Positions 16,986 through 23,838 of a stretch of 32,000 nt of DNA are shown piece by piece. Below the pieces are notes generated by a model, which did no database searches, was not told where the DNA came from, and saw only the letters and a program-made list of their open reading frames with translations. Source of the stretch: Candidatus Arthromitus sp. SFB-rat-Yit (GTDB lineage: Bacteria > Bacillota > Clostridia > Clostridiales > Clostridiaceae); assembly GCF_000283555.1 (NCBI RefSeq), contig NC_016012.1:60001-92000 (forward strand), given 5' to 3'. How positions within the stretch are numbered: the stretch's first letter is position 1; the number at the start of each line of letters is the position of its first letter. The position numbers were made by a program, and so were the translations under genes.

Positions 16986-17849
16986 ATGTCATTAATCAAA
17001 AAAGCTGTAATTCCAGTTGCGGGTTTTGGTACAAGATTTCTACCTGCAACAAAATCTATACCTAAAGAGATGATGCCAATTTTAGATAAACCAACTATAC
17101 ATTATATAGTACAAGAGGCAATTGATTCGGGTATTACAGATATATTGTTTGTTACAAGTAAACACAAAAAATGTATTGAAGATTATTTCGATAATTTTAG
17201 GGAATTAGAAGATATCTTAGAAATATCTAAAAATTATGAGATGCTCAATACTATTAGAGATATATCTAGTATGGCTAATATAAGTTTTGTTAGACAAAAA
17301 GAGCAGAAGGGATTAGGGCACGCTATATATCAGGCTAAGACTTTTGTAGGTTCTGATCCATTTTGTGTATTGCTTGGAGATGATTTGATTTGTAGTGATA
17401 AAAAACCTTGTTTAAAACAATTAATAGACGTATACGATGAGTATGGAGGAAGTGTATTAGGAGTTCAGGATGTTGATTTAAAAGATGTATCTAAGTATGG
17501 TATTATTGATGGAACAGAGGTTTGCGAAAATTTATATGAAGTTAAAAATTTAATTGAAAAGCCGTCTATTGAGGAGGCTCCAAGTAATAAGGCTATTCTT
17601 GGAAGATATGTAATAAGTCATAATATATTTAAATTTTTAGAACAGAGTTTAGTTGGTAAAAATGGTGAAATACAACTTACAGATTCTATATTAAAATTGG
17701 TTTCAAATGAGAATGTATATGCTTATAATTTTGAAGGTAATAGATATGATATAGGAAATAAACTTGGATATTTAAAAGCAATGATTGATTATGCATTGAA
17801 AGATGATAGTATAAATCAAGAATTAAGAGGGTATTTAAAAGAAAGGTAA
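16986..17849 (+). CDS. galU: UTP--glucose-1-phosphate uridylyltransferase
   Basis: KAVIPVAGFGTRFLPATKSIPKEMMPILDKPTIHYIVQEA...KGLGHAI...VLLGDD...LIEKP is the classic GalU pattern. Confidence 0.95.
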   Translation: MSLIKKAVIPVAGFGTRFLPATKSIPKEMMPILDKPTIHYIVQEAIDSGITDILFVTSKHKKCIEDYFDNFRELEDILEISKNYEMLNTIRDISSMANISFVRQKEQKGLGHAIYQAKTFVGSDPFCVLLGDDLICSDKKPCLKQLIDVYDEYGGSVLGVQDVDLKDVSKYGIIDGTEVCENLYEVKNLIEKPSIEEAPSNKAILGRYVISHNIFKFLEQSLVGKNGEIQLTDSILKLVSNENVYAYNFEGNRYDIGNKLGYLKAMIDYALKDDSINQELRGYLKER

Positions 17850-17853
17850 ATCT

Positions 17854-18447
17854 ATGATTAATATAGAAACAGATAGTAAATTTATAGTTGATTATAATAA
17901 AAGTGTTTTAATAGTAATTGATATGATTAAAGGATTTACTGATGTAGGTAATTTAAATAGTAATTATATATCAAGTATAGCTTCTGATATAAAATATTAT
18001 AGTAAAAAATTTTCAAATATTGTTGCTATAAATGATAGTCATAATATACATGATTGTGAATTTAACTTTTATCCACATCATTGTATAAAAGGAACAATAG
18101 AAAGCGAATTTTGTGATGAATTGAAGAGTATAGATTTTAACTATGTACTTTCTAAAAATTCAACTAATGCGTTTTTTTCGAATGGATTTTTAAGTGTGTT
18201 TAGTAATTATATAGAAAATGATTTTAACTTTGTGGTTGTGGGGTGTTGCGCAGATATATGTGTATTACAATTTTGTTTAACATTTAAGGCTTATTTAAAT
18301 CACATAAATAAAAACCTTGATATAATAATTCCTGTTAATTTAATAGAAACATATGATGATATTAATCATCCAAGAGATGAGGTATTGAAAATTTCATTAT
18401 ATTTAATGAAAAATATGGGTATAGAGTTAATAGAAGTCGATATATAA
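17854..18447 (+). CDS. Isochorismatase-family cysteine hydrolase (nicotinamidase-like)
   Basis: VLIVIDMIKGF (catalytic Asp region), YPHHCIKGTIESEF (PncA-like xPxHC..GT.G motif) and VVVGCCADICV (nucleophile Cys). Starts 4 nt after the galU stop. Confidence 0.8.
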   Translation: MINIETDSKFIVDYNKSVLIVIDMIKGFTDVGNLNSNYISSIASDIKYYSKKFSNIVAINDSHNIHDCEFNFYPHHCIKGTIESEFCDELKSIDFNYVLSKNSTNAFFSNGFLSVFSNYIENDFNFVVVGCCADICVLQFCLTFKAYLNHINKNLDIIIPVNLIETYDDINHPRDEVLKISLYLMKNMGIELIEVDI

Positions 18448-18553
18448 TTTTTTAATTATATACTTAAAAACACATTTAAAATTGTATAAACTTACCGAAA
18501 TTAGAAATAATTCATATAAAAGGATTTATTTGTAATTAGGAGGAATATTTAAA

Positions 18554-18898
18554 TTGAATAAGATATTGTTGGTTGGACGACTTGTTAAAGATCCTGAGCA
18601 ACGAATTATTGAAGATTCTCAAAAAACTTTAATAAAGATAATTATAGCTGTAAATAGAGATTATAAAGAGCCTGATGGAGAAAGAAAAGCTGATTTTATA
18701 CCAGTTTCTTTTTGGGGCAAAAAGGGAGATATTATTCTTAAACATCTTCATAAAGGAGATCTTATAAGTGTAGGTGGAAGACTTAGAATGGGATCTTATG
18801 TGGATAAAGATGGTAATAAGAAATATATAAGTGATGTTGTTGCTGAAGATTTTAAGTTTGTAAGGAATCAACATAAAGTTGAAATGAATGTTCAGTAA
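18554..18898 (+). CDS. ssb: Single-stranded DNA-binding protein paralog, OB-fold only (no C-terminal acidic tail)
   Basis: MNKILLVGRLVKDPE...ADFIPVSFWGKKGDIILKHLHKGDLISVGGRLRMGSY is the SSB OB-fold. TTG start 10 nt after AGGAGG. The protein ends ...KFVRNQHKVEMNVQ. Confidence 0.85.
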   Translation: MNKILLVGRLVKDPEQRIIEDSQKTLIKIIIAVNRDYKEPDGERKADFIPVSFWGKKGDIILKHLHKGDLISVGGRLRMGSYVDKDGNKKYISDVVAEDFKFVRNQHKVEMNVQ

Positions 18899-18934
18899 GA
18901 ATATTAAACTTATTTTTAAATCTTGATATAAAAA

Positions 18935-18960
18935 GGGACTACTTTGTATGAAGTGGTCCC
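18935..18960. terminator. Bidirectional terminator between convergent ssb and the flavodiiron gene
   Basis: GGGACTACTT-TGTATG-AAGTGGTCCC is a 10-bp stem whose fourth-from-loop position is non-Watson-Crick: a U-G wobble on the plus-strand RNA but a C-A mismatch on the minus-strand RNA. It is flanked by A5 upstream and T5 downstream. Confidence 0.75.
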
Positions 18961-18975
18961 TTTTTATTTAAAATA

Positions 18976-20190
18976 TTATTTATTTAGTGATGTGAGTAAT
19001 TTTTCTTTAAATTTACGTCCAAAATTTTGTGCATCTTTCAATTCTTTTTCGCATGGTTTAAAGTTTATTTTAAGTGAAGGAGTTAAAAGGTTCATTTTTA
19101 ATTCTTTAAGTCTAGATTCAGTATTAGGAATTCCTTCACCACTCCATCCATAGGAACCAAATACTGCTGCAATTTTACCACCATGAACTAATGGATTTAA
19201 ATGTGTTAATAAATCACGAATTGGCTCGAGCATATCTGAATTTATTGTTGGAGTACCAAATAATATACCGTCTGCTGAGTTTATTTCATCTAATAAATAA
19301 TTTTTGTCATGATTTATAACATCATAAATACTTAAGTCTATATCCCCATTTTCACATATGGATTTTGAAATTTCTTTAGCAAGTGTTTCTGTATACCCAT
19401 ATGCAGATACATAACATACAACAACTTTTGGTTTTTCATTTTTAGGTTGAGGAGTACTCCATTCCTTGTATAAAGATATTACTTTTTGTATATGTTTTCT
19501 TAAAACAGGTCCATGACCTGTACATACATAATTTATTTCTAGATCTTTAATTTTATCAAGTGCTTTAAGTACAAATGATTTAAATGGTCCAAATATGCAG
19601 TCATAGTAATATTTTAATGCATCCATATAATCTTCATAATTTTCAACTGAATCGTCAAAAATATTGTTTGTGCAATAATGAGCTCCGAATGAATCGCAAG
19701 TTATTAAAGTCTTTAATTCTTTAACATAAGTATATATAGTATCTGGCCAATGTAAAAATGGAGCAGATATAAATTCAAGAGTTTTATCCCCCAAAGATAT
19801 TGATGAATTTTGAGTTGCTTCTATGTATTTAAAATCTTTATTAGCAACTTTTTTTAGATATTTTATAGCAGTTGGTGAAGCTACTATACTAATATTTGGA
19901 CACAACTCTATCATTCTTTCAACAGATCCCGCGTGATCTGGCTCTGTGTGACTAACTACTAAATAATCTATTTTTTTCAGATCTATATTAGCTTCTTTTA
20001 ATCTTTCTATATATTGATCAAAAAATTGAGATTTTACAGTTTCAAAAACTGCTGTTTTTTCACTTCCTATAATTACATATGAATTATAAGTTGTACCATA
20101 AGGAGTATTCATTATTATGTCAAATACTCTAAGTTCTGGGTCTAGAGCACCTACCCATAATAAATCGTTTTGGATTTTATAACTTTTCAT
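18976..20190 (-). CDS. Class A flavodiiron protein (metallo-beta-lactamase-like diiron domain plus flavodoxin domain; O2/NO reductase)
   Basis: VVSHTEPDHAGS (H-x-E-x-D-H diiron motif) in the N-terminal domain. The C-terminal KVVVCYVSAYGYTETLAKEI...GTPTINSDM is a flavodoxin-like FMN site. 404 aa. Confidence 0.9.
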   Translation of the reverse strand: MKSYKIQNDLLWVGALDPELRVFDIIMNTPYGTTYNSYVIIGSEKTAVFETVKSQFFDQYIERLKEANIDLKKIDYLVVSHTEPDHAGSVERMIELCPNISIVASPTAIKYLKKVANKDFKYIEATQNSSISLGDKTLEFISAPFLHWPDTIYTYVKELKTLITCDSFGAHYCTNNIFDDSVENYEDYMDALKYYYDCIFGPFKSFVLKALDKIKDLEINYVCTGHGPVLRKHIQKVISLYKEWSTPQPKNEKPKVVVCYVSAYGYTETLAKEISKSICENGDIDLSIYDVINHDKNYLLDEINSADGILFGTPTINSDMLEPIRDLLTHLNPLVHGGKIAAVFGSYGWSGEGIPNTESRLKELKMNLLTPSLKINFKPCEKELKDAQNFGRKFKEKLLTSLNK

Positions 20191-20232
20191 ATTTAAATCC
20201 TTTCTTATTTTTTAATTGTGATTATATTTAAT

Positions 20233-20262
20233 ATTATAAATTTTAAATAATATTTTAGTCAA
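20233..20262 (-). promoter_or_regulatory. Sigma-A-type promoter for the flavodiiron gene: TTGACT, 18 nt spacer, TATAAT
   Basis: Minus-strand reading gives TTGACT (20262..20257), an 18-nt spacer and TATAAT (20238..20233), about 40 nt upstream of the start codon. Confidence 0.55.
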
Positions 20263-20431
20263 AATAATATTTTTTAAATAAGATATAAAAATGAAAAAAT
20301 AAATATAATATCGATAATTGTCGCATAAAATATTTATTTTTATATGAAAAATTTTGAAATAATGACAAATTACTAAAAAATATTGTGTTAAAATTTATTG
20401 TATTATATTATTTGTTAGGAAGGTATTAATT

Positions 20432-20782
20432 ATGAGAGTAATTGAGGTATTGAAAGGAAGAGAGTATAGTTTAAGTGAAATAATAGAGTATTATTATAAA
20501 GTAGTTGAAAGTGAAATTGTAATGGATATTGGAGATAAAATAGATTCTAAACTTGTATATGGAATACAAATAGATAAGGTTTTGATTAAAAAAGATGGAC
20601 AACAAGTAAGTGAGAGTGAAAAAGTTGAAATTATAAGTTGTAATTTGGAGTTTGTTAAAGAAATTTGCAGAACTTTACATAAACAATTAGTATCTCCATT
20701 CCATTTAATCGATGTTTTAGAAGATAATATAAGTTCTGTATTTAGAGAAAATTTTAAAATAAGATTTAAAGAAAAAGTTTAA
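20432..20782 (+). CDS. Hypothetical small acidic cytoplasmic protein (116 aa)
   Basis: Clean ORF with a TAGGAAGG RBS, 21 nt upstream of acpS. I recognise no motif. No TM helix or signal peptide. Confidence 0.6.
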   Translation: MRVIEVLKGREYSLSEIIEYYYKVVESEIVMDIGDKIDSKLVYGIQIDKVLIKKDGQQVSESEKVEIISCNLEFVKEICRTLHKQLVSPFHLIDVLEDNISSVFRENFKIRFKEKV

Positions 20783-20803
20783 AGAGAGTTTTGGTGTAAG
20801 AAT

Positions 20804-21172
20804 TTGATAATAGGTATTGGATGCGATATTTTAGAAATATGTAGAGTAGAATCTCTTTTAGAGTATAAGGGATTTCTAAATAAGTATTTTACAGATAATG
20901 AAATATATATGTTTAATACTCAGAAGAATAAAAAAAAATATGTAAATAAGATAGCTTCTAACCTTTGTGTTAAAGAAGCATTTTTTAAATCTATATCATC
21001 ATCCCATAAACTAAAAAATTTTAAATTTAAAGATGTAGAAGTTTTAAGGTATGAAGATGGAAGACCGTATTTAAATTTATTAAATGGTCTAAAACAACTG
21101 AATAATAACGTGAGTATAACTATATCAAATGAAAGAGATTACGTAGTATCATTCATTATTTTAGAAAATTAA
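20804..21172 (+). CDS. acpS: Holo-[acyl-carrier-protein] synthase
   Basis: MIIGIGCDILEICRV...FTDNE...LCVKEAFFKS is the AcpS pattern. TTG start. Confidence 0.9.
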   Translation: MIIGIGCDILEICRVESLLEYKGFLNKYFTDNEIYMFNTQKNKKKYVNKIASNLCVKEAFFKSISSSHKLKNFKFKDVEVLRYEDGRPYLNLLNGLKQLNNNVSITISNERDYVVSFIILEN

Positions 21173-21254
21173 TTATAAAGAATATTAATAAGTAATAAAA
21201 AAAAATAGAGTGAATAAGTATTATCTATAAAATTTTAGAGAGGATGTACTTATT

Positions 21255-21863
21255 TTGAAAAAAATTATTGTATTTTTTATATTATTTCTGTTTATTGTAG
21301 TTTCTTGTAAAATTGAAAAAATAGAAAATCCTGAACAAGCCTTTGATTATGTTAAGGGAATTAAAAATTATGTTTCTGATGTAAGGATTACATTTAAAAA
21401 TGAGAGAAGCGAAGAAAGTGTGTTCTTAAGGCAGTATAGTTGTTCTAATGGAAGTTATAGATTGGACTTGGAAGAGGATCGTATATACATATATAAAGAT
21501 GATAAGATATTTGTGAAGGATCTAGAAAATAATAGGGAATATTTTTTAGACAAAAATTTTGATGAAGTGTATAAATATACTTTTCTAAATGAATATATAA
21601 AATTGATTTATTCAATGGATCAAGTAAAATATTTTAAGGAATCTTATGGAGAAGGGGATCAGATCAAGAGTTTTTACGGAGCTGAGGTCAATTTACCTAT
21701 AAACAATTTAAATATAAATTCTGCTGTTTTGTATTTGGATATGGAAAAGTGCTCCCCTATTAAACTTGAAATATTTGATATTAATAAAGAGGTTAGGATT
21801 TTAGTAGAGTATTTAACTTTTGAAACTTTAGAAGATATTGATTTACAGTTGTTTGAATATTAG
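21255..21863 (+). CDS. Putative lipoprotein occupying the position of Bacillus YdcC (LolA-like sporulation lipoprotein)
   Basis: The signal plus lipobox-like sequence is MKKIIVFFILFLFIVVSC. It lies between acpS and alr exactly as ydcC does in B. subtilis. The family call rests on position, not on a motif. Confidence 0.55.
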   Translation: MKKIIVFFILFLFIVVSCKIEKIENPEQAFDYVKGIKNYVSDVRITFKNERSEESVFLRQYSCSNGSYRLDLEEDRIYIYKDDKIFVKDLENNREYFLDKNFDEVYKYTFLNEYIKLIYSMDQVKYFKESYGEGDQIKSFYGAEVNLPINNLNINSAVLYLDMEKCSPIKLEIFDINKEVRILVEYLTFETLEDIDLQLFEY

Positions 21864-21885
21864 TTTATTGAGCTTAGGAGGAATT

Positions 21886-23034
21886 ATGAGATTTGATTAT
21901 AATGTTTATGCTGAAGTAAATTTGGATAATCTACTTGGAAATTTGAAATTCATTCAGGGTATGAATGAAGGGAAGAAAATTATGCCTGTTATTAAAGATG
22001 ATGCATATGGTCATGGAATTGTGGAAATTGCCAATAAACTTATTGAAAACGGAATTGAAATATTATGCGTTAGCAATATAAATGAAGGTGTTTTATTAAG
22101 AGAATGTGGTATTAAAGCACAGATTCTAGTATTTGGAATCACTCCTGTAAATTATATTATGGATTTAATAGAGAATGATCTAACTCAAACAATTTCTAGT
22201 ATTGAATATGCTGATATGATAATAGAACAATTATCAAGAATAAATAAGAGTTTAAAAGTACATATAAAGGTTGATACTGGAATGGGAAGAGTGGGATTAA
22301 TTGCAAGTGATGAAAATTTTAAAATTGTAAATAATATATTAAGTAATCCTTTGATTGATATCCAAGGTGTATACTCTCATTTATCGGATGCTGGATCTGA
22401 AGATAGAAATTATACCATTAATCAATATAAATTATTTAAAATGTTTTGTAATAATTTAGCTCAATTCAAACTAAATATTAAGTATAAACATATATGCAAT
22501 AGTGATGGAGGGTTAAATTATAAGTTTGATGATATTGAGTATATAAGACCAGGACTTCTATTATATGGCTATAGTAATAGTATGGGTAAAAATTATAAAA
22601 ACCTTAAACCTGTCATGAATCTAAAAGCTAAAATTGTACATATAAAGAAGGTTAATAAAGGTGAATATATAGGATATGGTAAGGCATATAAAGTTAATAA
22701 GGAAAGCTACATTGCTACTTTAAATGTAGGGTATGGTCACGGTTATCCTAGATATTTGTCTAATACAGGAAGAGTAATAATTAATAATGAGTTTGCTAAT
22801 ATTGTTGGTAATGTATGCATGGATCATTGTATGATCGATATTACAAATACTAGTGGTATTAGGTTGTTTGATGATGTTATATTGATAGGAGATAATGAAA
22901 GAAGAAAAATAGATGCACATGAAATAGCAGGGTATGGTAATACTATTTGCTATGAGGTGCTATGTGGCATACGTAGGAAAGTTCCTAGAGTTTACTTAGA
23001 AAATAATAAGATAAAATATATTAGAGAAGGGTAG
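21886..23034 (+). CDS. alr: Alanine racemase
   Basis: Track ORF 21838..23034. ATG 21886 follows TAGGAGG and gives MRFDYNVYAEVNLDNL. PVIKDDAYGHG contains the PLP-binding Lys, followed by ...HIKVDTGMGRVG...YSHL...RPGLLLYG...VCMDHCMIDI. Confidence 0.95.
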   Translation: MRFDYNVYAEVNLDNLLGNLKFIQGMNEGKKIMPVIKDDAYGHGIVEIANKLIENGIEILCVSNINEGVLLRECGIKAQILVFGITPVNYIMDLIENDLTQTISSIEYADMIIEQLSRINKSLKVHIKVDTGMGRVGLIASDENFKIVNNILSNPLIDIQGVYSHLSDAGSEDRNYTINQYKLFKMFCNNLAQFKLNIKYKHICNSDGGLNYKFDDIEYIRPGLLLYGYSNSMGKNYKNLKPVMNLKAKIVHIKKVNKGEYIGYGKAYKVNKESYIATLNVGYGHGYPRYLSNTGRVIINNEFANIVGNVCMDHCMIDITNTSGIRLFDDVILIGDNERRKIDAHEIAGYGNTICYEVLCGIRRKVPRVYLENNKIKYIREG

Positions 23035-23069
23035 TATTAGAAATTTTATAATTGTAGATTTTTATAAAG

Positions 23070-23098
23070 TTGTAAAAAAATAGAATATATTATATAAT
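23070..23098 (+). promoter_or_regulatory. Sigma-A-type promoter for mazEF: TTGTAA, 17 nt spacer, TATAAT
   Basis: TTGTAA at 23070-23075, an exact 17-nt spacer and a perfect TATAAT at 23093-23098, about 70 nt upstream of the antitoxin ORF. Confidence 0.6.
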
Positions 23099-23167
23099 CA
23101 GAGAAGTACGTAATTAGGTATATAATGAGCTATAATTGTAATTTATAATTATGGGGGTACTTCTAAA

Positions 23168-23455
23168 GTGAGTATATTTAAAAAACCATTCTCTAAGCCG
23201 CGATTGATTAACACTAAATTAAAACAAAAATGTAACATAAATTTAAGAAAAAGCATATTAATATTTATTAGAAACAGGAATTGGGAAACTGTAAGAAAAG
23301 GATATGAATATATGGGGGATATAAATATAGAATTATCTGAATGTGGATTTTTATCAGCTTTTGAAGAATTAGTTAAATATGAGATAAGGCTTTCGGAGAG
23401 TGATAGTTTAGATGACTACAATGGTAGTGAAAAGAGGGGACATATTTTATGCTGA
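23168..23455 (+). CDS. mazE: MazE/EndoAI-type antitoxin (divergent N-terminal half)
   Basis: It lies immediately upstream of mazF. The C-terminal segment [26 protein letters not shown] parallels B. subtilis EndoAI ...MRRGYMEMAKINLNISSEAHFAECE. The start is uncertain (GTG 23168 per the track; internal ATG at MGDIN also possible). Confidence 0.6.
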   Translation: MSIFKKPFSKPRLINTKLKQKCNINLRKSILIFIRNRNWETVRKGYEYMGDINIELSECGFLSAFEELVKYEIRLSESDSLDDYNGSEKRGHILC

Positions 23456-23774
23456 CTTAAGTCCTGTTATAGGGTCTGAGCAGGGAGGAATACGACCCGT
23501 TATAATAATTCAAAATGATATAGGAAATAGGTATAGTCCTACTGTCATAGTTGGAGCAATAACTTCTCAGATTAATAAAGCTAAGTTACCTACTCATGTT
23601 GAAATATCATCTGAAGAATATGGCTTAAATAAAGATTCTGTGGTGTTGCTAGAACAGATAAGGACTTTAGATAAAAAAAGACTTAAAGAAAAAATAGGGC
23701 GTATGACTAAAAATGATATGAAGAAGGTAGATAAGGCCTTATTTGTAAGTTTGGGATTGGATTTTAAAATATAA
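23412..23774 (+). CDS. mazF: MazF/EndoA (PemK-family) mRNA interferase toxin
   Basis: [61 protein letters not shown] is near-identical in pattern to Bacillus EndoA. ATG 23421 is an alternative start. Confidence 0.95.
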   Translation: MTTMVVKRGDIFYADLSPVIGSEQGGIRPVIIIQNDIGNRYSPTVIVGAITSQINKAKLPTHVEISSEEYGLNKDSVVLLEQIRTLDKKRLKEKIGRMTKNDMKKVDKALFVSLGLDFKI

Positions 23775-23785
23775 ATTATAATATA

Positions 23786-23821
23786 TTAATGGCATTTTTA
23801 AAATGCCATTAATGTTTTTTT
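23786..23821 (+). terminator. Rho-independent terminator of mazEF
   Basis: TTAATGGCATTTT / AAAATGCCATTAA are perfectly complementary arms followed by TGTTTTTTTT. Confidence 0.85.
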
Positions 23822-23838
23822 GGAGAGAGATATATTTT

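Noticed and set aside
18944-19153. A 69-aa plus-strand ORF starting within the ssb/flavodiiron terminator.
   Set aside because: It begins inside the terminator hairpin and then runs antisense through the 3' end of the flavodiiron gene. No RBS.
20230-20254. Inverted repeat AATATTAT-9 nt-ATAATATT overlapping the flavodiiron -10 element, considered as a PerR/Rex-type operator.
   Set aside because: The arms are 8 bp of pure A/T in a region that is almost entirely A/T. This is indistinguishable from chance and is not a good match to the PerR box (TTATAATNATTATAA) or the Rex box (TTGTGAA...TTCACAA).
23132-23152. ATAATT-9 nt-AATTAT inverted repeat between the mazEF promoter and the antitoxin start, considered as a MazE operator.
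   Set aside because: The arms are only 6 bp and A/T-only, so there is no statistical support. It is mentioned only as a place to look if EMSA or footprinting is done.
23803-23838. N-terminal extension of the GH89 ORF (MPLMFFWREIYF...) as given in the track.
   Set aside because: ATG 23803 lies inside the right arm of the mazEF terminator hairpin and has no RBS. ATG 23839 has GGAGAGAG upstream and yields a proper signal-like N-terminus. Similar over-extensions were trimmed for rsmI (507 to 522), the first GT4 (5122 to 5146), the GT2 (16108 to 16117), alr (21838 to 21886) and ctp (28356 to 28380).
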